In this document: one piece after another, positions 58,087-64,000 of the stretch
How positions within the stretch are numbered: position 1 is the first letter of the stretch
How the letters are laid out: every line of letters begins with the position of its first letter
Source of the DNA: a virus
Lineage: Duplodnaviria; Caudoviricetes
IMG/VR virus record: IMGVR_UViG_3300033074_001354
Location: 32,001 to 96,000 of that record
DNA length: 64,000 bases
Direction: 5' to 3' (one strand)
Made by a program: the position numbers and the translations under genes
The notes under the pieces: model-generated
Databases searched by the model: none
The model's input: only the letters and a program-made list of their open reading frames with translations
Told to the model about the DNA's origin: nothing

Positions 58087-58970
58087 TTAGGTTGTCCTTT
58101 GCCAAATTTAGTTCTAAAATACTTGTTTGCCTCGCACATCGAGTGCTCGATATCACGAAGCACCAGACTGCCTTCACACATAGGGAAATACAACCCAATC
58201 TCATTAATATGTTCAACTTGCTTATCTCTCAAGTAAGTCAACTTCTCTTCTACTTCGGAAATCTTAATATCAGGTCCATAGATCCATTTAGCTCCTGCAT
58301 GACAGCCAGGGCCAACGTTCACGAAATCATTCTCTGTAAATGGTATCAATCTACCATTATGCTTTTCACTGTAGTATGTCAGATCACACCAAATCTCATA
58401 CGCTGTAAATTTACCAACCATGGGAATCTTCTGTAACATCCTGAACTGTTCTGCTGGTGTAGACAAAGAAGCAATATCCTGTATTTTGCAGTATTGATAC
58501 TCACCATCGCTAAGAAGATCTTCCCATACCTGTATAACTCTCTCAAACTTCTGATTGCCAGGATGTAATTTCTTGAGACGCATATTGCCTGGATGAACTA
58601 TATAAGCAGAAGTGAATATTCTGAACCCTTTACTCTTCAGAGCTCTAAAAAATTCCAATATACATTCAGTATCTGGCTTGCCATCCACAATACGCCGAGA
58701 TATATAGTCCCACGTTACAATCCTGTTCAACAATCTGTATGCCACTATAGCAGCAAATATCTCCTGAGATTTCCAGTTTTGATTAAGAATGTTATTAACC
58801 AAATAAACAGTGCCACGATCCAACCTTCGCATAACATTTGTAAACTTAAACTTTCTCAATATCTCATCATCGGTCCATGGAGCTGGTAATTTCTTTACGA
58901 ATCTATTTTCATAGATCTGATGCCTTTTACAAACAAATTTCCAAAACTCTGCTTCCATTTTAGTCATCAT
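58053..58970 (-). CDS. aGPT-Pplase1 / hmdU-DNA-kinase-helical-type DNA hypermodification protein
   Basis: R..I...R....PAPWTDD.IL..FKFTNV.R..DR.T, YR..N, FTSAY, G.F.AYEI..DL, GPG...G, IEH.MCE..KY. Confidence 0.8.
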   Translation of the reverse strand: MMTKMEAEFWKFVCKRHQIYENRFVKKLPAPWTDDEILRKFKFTNVMRRLDRGTVYLVNNILNQNWKSQEIFAAIVAYRLLNRIVTWDYISRRIVDGKPDTECILEFFRALKSKGFRIFTSAYIVHPGNMRLKKLHPGNQKFERVIQVWEDLLSDGEYQYCKIQDIASLSTPAEQFRMLQKIPMVGKFTAYEIWCDLTYYSEKHNGRLIPFTENDFVNVGPGCHAGAKWIYGPDIKISEVEEKLTYLRDKQVEHINEIGLYFPMCEGSLVLRDIEHSMCEANKYFRTKFGKGQPKCYFTPMSATV

Positions 58971-59160
58971 TTCTCCAATATCACACTGGATAGCTCTCGT
59001 AATCTTACAACAAACTTCATTTGATCAAATGTAAGTGCTTTAAACGGGATCTTCATGTTTTGTGCATCTGTCATAGAGAGACAAACATCACCAGTCTCTA
59101 TGTGATTTGCCCACATATTAAGTGCATGAGATATTATCTCTTGGTCAGAATCAAACAAAC

Positions 59161-59967
59161 TCATACTTTCATCTCCTTCATACTTAGAACATGCTCCAAA
59201 TACACTGGGCTAAGCTGCTCAATAATACCTGGAATATTTAGCACATCAACAATATTCTTACAATCTTTGCGAGTTCTAAGAAGAGTTTCCACCAAATGCT
59301 TAGACTGCTCAAAATCTATAGTACTCTGATCTTTCCCTGCTGTAACAACCACATCAGACTTGCTGGAATTTTTAGACAACCAATCATCCATACGATCCCT
59401 AGCCTTATCACTACATAGCCAAGACGTTGGCAAAACTATACGCATACGAGAAGAATACTCGAACTGAGCATTTATGAACTGATCAGCATCATAGCCAAAG
59501 TCCTTCATCATTTGATACGCTCCAGCAAAATGCTTCCATTTCATTTGCTTTCGTGGATCTTTATCCATAGCAAACAACTTGTAGCTCAACTTTGTTCTAT
59601 TAGTACGCTCTGTCACATACTTCTGAGCAATATCAAAAATGATATAATCCTCATCTTTCCAATTCCATGATTTTCCATAAAAAGAATACCTAACTTTACA
59701 ACGCTCCAAATGATAACTAACTTTTGGCTTAGCTTCCTCTATTGTATTTTTCTGCATCTCTGGAGAGTCCTGAACGGAAACATCATACACCTTATCAACC
59801 CTTACTAGGCTAATATTGGATAGCTCATTAAGACACTCAAGAACTTTAGTCTCAGATACGCCAGCAATATGTGCTAAGCGCATTGTCGAAACCTCAATCT
59901 GATTCTTATGTAGCAACAATACTCTTAATGTGGCCGCAATCTTTGCAGCATCAGGGCTTACTGCCAC
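59161..59967 (-). CDS. Hypothetical protein with N-terminal wHTH
   Basis: MRLAHIAGVSETKV..CL.EL....LV; lies within the replication module. Confidence 0.5.
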   Translation of the reverse strand: MAVSPDAAKIAATLRVLLLHKNQIEVSTMRLAHIAGVSETKVLECLNELSNISLVRVDKVYDVSVQDSPEMQKNTIEEAKPKVSYHLERCKVRYSFYGKSWNWKDEDYIIFDIAQKYVTERTNRTKLSYKLFAMDKDPRKQMKWKHFAGAYQMMKDFGYDADQFINAQFEYSSRMRIVLPTSWLCSDKARDRMDDWLSKNSSKSDVVVTAGKDQSTIDFEQSKHLVETLLRTRKDCKNIVDVLNIPGIIEQLSPVYLEHVLSMKEMKV

Positions 59968-60138
59968 TAAATCTCACCCGACCTTTTTAATAAAGAGATT
60001 GTTAAATCTGTTGTTACTGGCGAATCCCCTGCAGCAACAATAGCACATGCTGACTCTTGCTTCAATCGTTTGCCGTTATATTTTAGCGACACGCCTTTTG
60101 CATACAAATTTCGTATTATAACTTCAGCTTTTGAATTC

Positions 60139-61653
60139 TTAAGGATTAGTGGTTTGATGCGAATCATCTTCATGCGTCACCATACCTATTTTGCAATTTG
60201 ACTTAGAACTTTGTGTGATGTCATTATATTCCTCAAGTCTAAGTTCAATACCTTCATCAGACAGAATTTCCATTCTTTGTAAAGAATGCCTCTGCAAGTG
60301 TTTATTACCATAGTCGACAAAATCGTAGTATAGGACAGAGTTGCCATATTTGTTTCTACGCAAAGAACGCCCCAATGTCTGTATAACAGATACTTTGGAC
60401 TTGCCACCTGCTGCATATATCAACGCCCCAATAGTAGGGACATCAACACCTTCTTTTAGAATTGAACTAGAAATTAATACTGGTAACTCTCCATCAGCAA
60501 ATGACTGCAAACTATCTTTACGATACTCCTTATCTGAAGAACCGTGTATGAATGGAACGGTATCGAATGCATTGCCGATGGCTTGTTGTATTTCTTCTCC
60601 ATGCGCTATAATATTCACAATGATGAGAACCTGACGACCAGCACTTGCTTCACGAATTGCAATCTGAGCAATCTTGTCATTTCTATTCTGATTTGCCACC
60701 ACAAGATCAGTATACGCATCTTCATAAGTATCATGATCGTACTGCATCTCTGGCATAGAAACAAAAATGGCTACTGGCTTCGAAGAATACCCCTCAGAAA
60801 TCAAATATTCATTACGGATTGTAAAAATGACTGGACCGGTAAATGACTCTTGATCCATAGCCTGCACTATGTTTGATCCACCAGGAGTGCCAGTTAACCC
60901 AAACCTATAAAATGCATTTGTACAATTGGTGAGAACATCTTGATAAGTTTTGCCACCGGAACGATGAGCTTCGTCCACCACGACACAATCAAAAAATGAA
61001 AGCCATCTCTTTAGCTGCTTAGGATCACTCTTTACTCTGCCAGCCAGCGTTTGCACCATTCCAACAACAAGGCGATCTTGAGGAAGAAAATGATCTCCAC
61101 CTTCAACAGATCCAACTTTGTCATCAGTTCTTGTCTCAAGTCGCTTTATAGTTTGCTCCAACAACTGTATCCTGTGCGTGATCATCAAACATCTGCCAGG
61201 CAAAACATTAAACAATGCACACGCTATGTCCGTCTTGCCAGAATTAGTAGCAGCAGCAACTGTGCCACGCTTCTTATCCAAGCATATGCTAATAGCCTCT
61301 TTCTGGTAATCACGAAGTTCAATGCCATGAGCAAACGCATATTTAGCATCTATCTCTCCATAAGGGGAACGTCTTAAATCAATGACATTGCAAGAGATTC
61401 CAACCGCTTGTAAAGAGCACACAAGCCTCTCTAATAGACCAGACGGAAACTTCCCCTCTTTGCTTATGAAATGCTTTCTTCCGTCCCATCTACCAGACCT
61501 ATACTGACTAGAAAACCATGCTCCATCCACCTTTGGGGCAAATATATTATACTTGGCAATAGTTTGTTGCATGAGAAGGTAGTCACGAATGGATACCTGC
61601 ATAGGCTTCTTGATGAAAGAGTAAACATTATTAACGTGGATATCTACTAGCAT
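60139..61653 (-). CDS. SF2 DNA helicase (UvsW-like)
   Basis: LRDYQ, ATNSGKT, DEAH, GLTGTP, EGVDVP, QTLGRSLR. Confidence 0.92.
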   Translation of the reverse strand: MLVDIHVNNVYSFIKKPMQVSIRDYLLMQQTIAKYNIFAPKVDGAWFSSQYRSGRWDGRKHFISKEGKFPSGLLERLVCSLQAVGISCNVIDLRRSPYGEIDAKYAFAHGIELRDYQKEAISICLDKKRGTVAAATNSGKTDIACALFNVLPGRCLMITHRIQLLEQTIKRLETRTDDKVGSVEGGDHFLPQDRLVVGMVQTLAGRVKSDPKQLKRWLSFFDCVVVDEAHRSGGKTYQDVLTNCTNAFYRFGLTGTPGGSNIVQAMDQESFTGPVIFTIRNEYLISEGYSSKPVAIFVSMPEMQYDHDTYEDAYTDLVVANQNRNDKIAQIAIREASAGRQVLIIVNIIAHGEEIQQAIGNAFDTVPFIHGSSDKEYRKDSLQSFADGELPVLISSSILKEGVDVPTIGALIYAAGGKSKVSVIQTLGRSLRRNKYGNSVLYYDFVDYGNKHLQRHSLQRMEILSDEGIELRLEEYNDITQSSKSNCKIGMVTHEDDSHQTTNP

Positions 61654-61661
61654 AAATTATA

Positions 61662-61744
61662 GAGCAAGAGGGTGTTACCGGAGACCCCTCTCCATCTCAT
61701 AGTGATCTGAGAGATACACCATGAAAGTAACAACCCTCCCGCCC
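61662..61744 (-). ncRNA. 83-nt intergenic structured RNA
   Basis: About 17-bp closing helix GGGCGGGAGGG(T)TGTTAC/GTAACACCCTCTTGCTC; inner hairpin ATCTC..GAGAT; contains GGGGTCTCC. Confidence 0.5.
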
Positions 61745-62107
61745 AATGTAAGCTAACTCCTATTAGCAATGCAAAATTCTTCAATGTCCTTTAAAAAGTC
61801 TGAGCACTGACGACCTATGTCTCCATTGATATTTTCCATATGCTTTATGAAAGCCATAGCCCTAACAGAAATCTTTTGATGCTGAATTAGCATATGCTCA
61901 GAAAGATCTTTATGGCTCTTATATTTATCCAACCATTGCACGTGACCAGAGCACTTCTTTTCCAGTTCGTCATAGTTAGGTGTTTGGATCATGTTTAAAT
62001 CTACCTTTCCTACAATACAATTTTTTAGACTTTTTTACTCTTGTTACAGGGCTAACATTCCAAGTCCTGCGAATCTTTATAGACTTGCGATTCTTTTTAT
62101 GCAAACT

Positions 62108-62452
62108 TTATTTACCTCTTTTGCCTTTAGCAGTCGTACGAACCTTCTTACCAACTGCAAAAGGACGACCCTTAGCAAACATTTCACCAAGTGACATCTT
62201 TGCCTTGCGAGCAAGACGAAACTCCCTCTGCATTGCAGCAACAGATGACAAAGGAGTCTTCATTAAAACAGCAATCTTCTTTACAGGCACATTACTCTGC
62301 ATATGCTTGTAAAGCGTGGCAGCCTTGCGAATAGTCCAACCTCTTGTCTTCTTCTTAGGCTGATAAGTATCAACAGCCGAAAAATCTATATCATCATAGT
62401 TCTGCTTTGACATACGTAATCTCCTTTGGTTTATTTTTAAGCAATCCTCCAT
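62108..62452 (-). CDS. Basic HTH-like protein
   Basis: VKKIAVLMKTPLSSV; Lys/Arg-rich. Confidence 0.5.
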   Translation of the reverse strand: MEDCLKINQRRLRMSKQNYDDIDFSAVDTYQPKKKTRGWTIRKAATLYKHMQSNVPVKKIAVLMKTPLSSVAAMQREFRLARKAKMSLGEMFAKGRPFAVGKKVRTTAKGKRGK

Positions 62453-62951
62453 TTTTGTTGACTTCAGATATTACACGTAAAAGGCGTCTGCCATCCTGAG
62501 ACACCAATCTCATACGACCTTGTGAATGAAGCAATTCCCTGCTAAGCTTCTCACGAAGCAGAGGTAGATACCCTTTTTCCTTCACAATTTCAACGTCTAG
62601 TACAGCATTGTCAGCGTAAAGAATTGCCTTACGGGTAGCTTTGGTGGCAGTTGTTGCCATTTCATCAGGTGTGGCTAGCTTGTAACCAGACCTGCCTTTG
62701 TATGTTACACGGTATATCATAACACGGCGAACCAATTTTATGTACTTACGAGCTAACGTCATAACATTATCTATAACACGGTCTGTTATGTCTATTGCTG
62801 GCAGTTTATGGGACTTACGCAATGCATAAATTTTATCAGCAATTTGATTACGAGTTACTACTTCATTTCTATGTAATCGATAAAACCAATCAGCTAAATC
62901 AGTATGAACATACGTTTCTTTTTTATTTGGCATAACTATTCCTTTCATCAT
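62394..62951 (-). CDS. Basic wHTH-like protein
   Basis: VTRNQIA...TDRVI....AR......IY...GYKLAT..E. Confidence 0.5.
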   Translation of the reverse strand: MMKGIVMPNKKETYVHTDLADWFYRLHRNEVVTRNQIADKIYALRKSHKLPAIDITDRVIDNVMTLARKYIKLVRRVMIYRVTYKGRSGYKLATPDEMATTATKATRKAILYADNAVLDVEIVKEKGYLPLLREKLSRELLHSQGRMRLVSQDGRRLLRVISEVNKNGGLLKNKPKEITYVKAEL

Positions 62952-62968
62952 TTATGAGTTTTATATGC

Positions 62969-63364
62969 CTAATTACCATTGCTATGATAATTGTAATCAA
63001 TACTTTTATCAGCAATAGCTTTCTTTAAAGATTTTGAAAAAGATTCAAGATACTCGTACATACGAATAAACTGTGTCACGGATAATACAATATTGACACC
63101 AAACATTGAAACCTGCATATCCTGGCCTATAGTGCTAGAAGAAACAGCGGACTTATACTTAGACGACAACTCCTTGAAGAATTCAAAAAAAGATTCTACA
63201 CTCATCTTTATAAGTCGTATGTGCAGAGTAAGAAGAATCTTCTTTTCTTCAACGCTGTAAATAGCTTCTACTTTAAATGGCTCTAACATGCTTCTAACTC
63301 CTAAACAATATAATGTTTGAAATATGCCCTGCAAGAATTTGCAGTAACCCGAAGAGTATAACAC
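62969..63364 (-). CDS. Hypothetical protein (probable start MLEPF, behind AGGAG)
   Basis: ORF track; internal RBS near 63300. Confidence 0.5.
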   Translation of the reverse strand: MLYSSGYCKFLQGIFQTLYCLGVRSMLEPFKVEAIYSVEEKKILLTLHIRLIKMSVESFFEFFKELSSKYKSAVSSSTIGQDMQVSMFGVNIVLSVTQFIRMYEYLESFSKSLKKAIADKSIDYNYHSNGN

Positions 63365-63384
63365 ATCGGGGTCTCCTTATTAAT

Positions 63385-63520
63385 TGTTGGAACTAGAGGC
63401 TGATCTACCTACTGATCTATCCCCGCTAATACTTGAAGTATTCAACCTCAAGATCCCCAACCGAAGTCAGGTGGTGCAGGGAGTGGGACTTGAACCCACG
63501 ACACACCTTTCGTTCCAACA
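63385..63520 (-). ncRNA. Circularly permuted tRNA-like RNA (YrlA/Y-RNA-like architecture)
   Basis: T arm plus acceptor 3' strand plus ACCA come first (63472-63520); acceptor 5' strand plus D arm come later (63385-63426); ends pair TGTTGGAAC/GTTCCAACA. Confidence 0.75.
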
Positions 63521-63524
63521 CTAC

Positions 63525-63548
63525 ATAGAAACCTGAAGTTCTATTACA
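63525..63548 (-). promoter_or_regulatory. Putative phage promoter TGTA-N12-GTTTCTAT
   Basis: One mismatch to consensus; ends 4 nt before the permuted RNA. Confidence 0.6.
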
Positions 63549-63561
63549 TCAAGAGTATATA

Positions 63562-63596
63562 GTATACAAGCCTCCTACGCGAGGAGGCTTGTATAC
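63562..63596. terminator. Perfect 15-bp inverted repeat, probable terminator or insulator
   Basis: GTATACAAGCCTCCT-ACGCG-AGGAGGCTTGTATAC downstream of the lipoprotein gene; no clear U tract. Confidence 0.55.
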
Positions 63597-63653
63597 ACTA
63601 CCAGAAGACAATAATTAGCTCTGATGTATTCTGGGGTAGCTGGGAACTGCTAT

Positions 63654-63932
63654 CTATGCATCTTCAGCTCTAGGGGATGAACCACCACATTGTGATTCTA
63701 TACGTCTCCATGCGCTTAAAGTGACTAACTGCATGTTACTTTGTGCGACATAGTCCGCTTTGCCTCCCTCTATTGGCAAAGGCACATCCTTGATGACTGT
63801 CCCTTTAGGGATCAAAACATAATCGTGTACGCCACCAACTACCACGACATCTGTCTTTTTATTGAATAGGGCACAGCCACTATTTACCAGAACCGTGCTT
63901 ATCAGCACGAGCATCCAAAAAGTCTTTCTCAT
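63654..63932 (-). CDS. Lipoprotein, possible o-spanin
   Basis: MRKTFWMLVLISTVLVNSGC lipobox; overlaps the end of an upstream coiled-coil ORF. Confidence 0.55.
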   Translation of the reverse strand: MRKTFWMLVLISTVLVNSGCALFNKKTDVVVVGGVHDYVLIPKGTVIKDVPLPIEGGKADYVAQSNMQLVTLSAWRRIESQCGGSSPRAEDA

Positions 63933-64000
63933 TGTCTTCCTTTGTAGCTTTATCCATATTGGACTGAGCAGCATCTTTCTTTCGTTGAGCTTCATCTTTC
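63880..64000 (-). CDS. 3' end of a coiled-coil ORF entering from beyond the window (possible i-spanin)
   Basis: Reads KDEAQRKKDAAQSNMDKATKEDNEKDFLDARADKHGSGK*; overlaps the lipoprotein start in another frame. Confidence 0.4.
   Translation of the reverse strand, partial: KDEAQRKKDAAQSNMDKATKEDNEKDFLDARADKHGSGK

Noticed and set aside
63300-63520. Complete two-piece tmRNA
   Set aside because: A true D stem is present and the RNA closes right after it; no pseudoknots or tag-peptide frame ending in an Ala-rich degron were seen
1-64000. Stop-codon reassignment (prompted by the CTAG-looped tRNA-like element)
   Set aside because: Conserved genes are full length in the standard code, and TAG, TGA and TAA all end genes at tight junctions
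1-64000. Plus-strand ORFs from the six-frame track (e.g. 24881-25636, 50102-50653)
   Set aside because: They are antisense shadows of well-supported minus-strand genes with no recognisable motifs

Overview
This 64-kb window is part of a large dsDNA tailed bacteriophage genome. Essentially all real genes are on the minus strand and densely packed, in the standard code. In transcription order (right to left) it holds: the end of a probable spanin pair; a replication module (UvsW-like helicase, DnaB-like helicase, primase, ATP-dependent ligase, UDG-fused family-A polymerase, gp32-like SSB, RecA/UvsX, UvsY-like, 5'-3' exonuclease, fused SbcD-SbcC); GroEL with two GroES paralogs; two sigma-like factors; and a predicted 5-hydroxymethyluracil DNA-modification set (dUMP-type TS homolog, HD nucleotidase, Nmad1, two glycosyltransferases, aGPT-Pplase1). 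It also holds an NAD+-reconstitution pair (NARP1-like), an intein-containing large terminase, an RNA-repair island (Rnl1, Pnkp, Thg1-like, AEP-like), four tRNAs and about 9 kb of small accessory genes. The most unusual signals are non-coding: (i) a circularly permuted tRNA-like, YrlA/Y-RNA-like gene at 63385-63520; (ii) three covarying ~53-nt hairpins with a constant scaffold and variable loop, two of them directly upstream of a large helical/TerD-like protein, together forming a candidate phage RNP system; (iii) an array of five tRNA-like structured RNAs at 2109-2726; (iv) a recurrent promoter-like motif TGCA-N12-GTTTCTAT; and (v) a structured RNA with a segment antisense to a shared RBS motif. 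Family calls come from motif recognition only; no searches were run.
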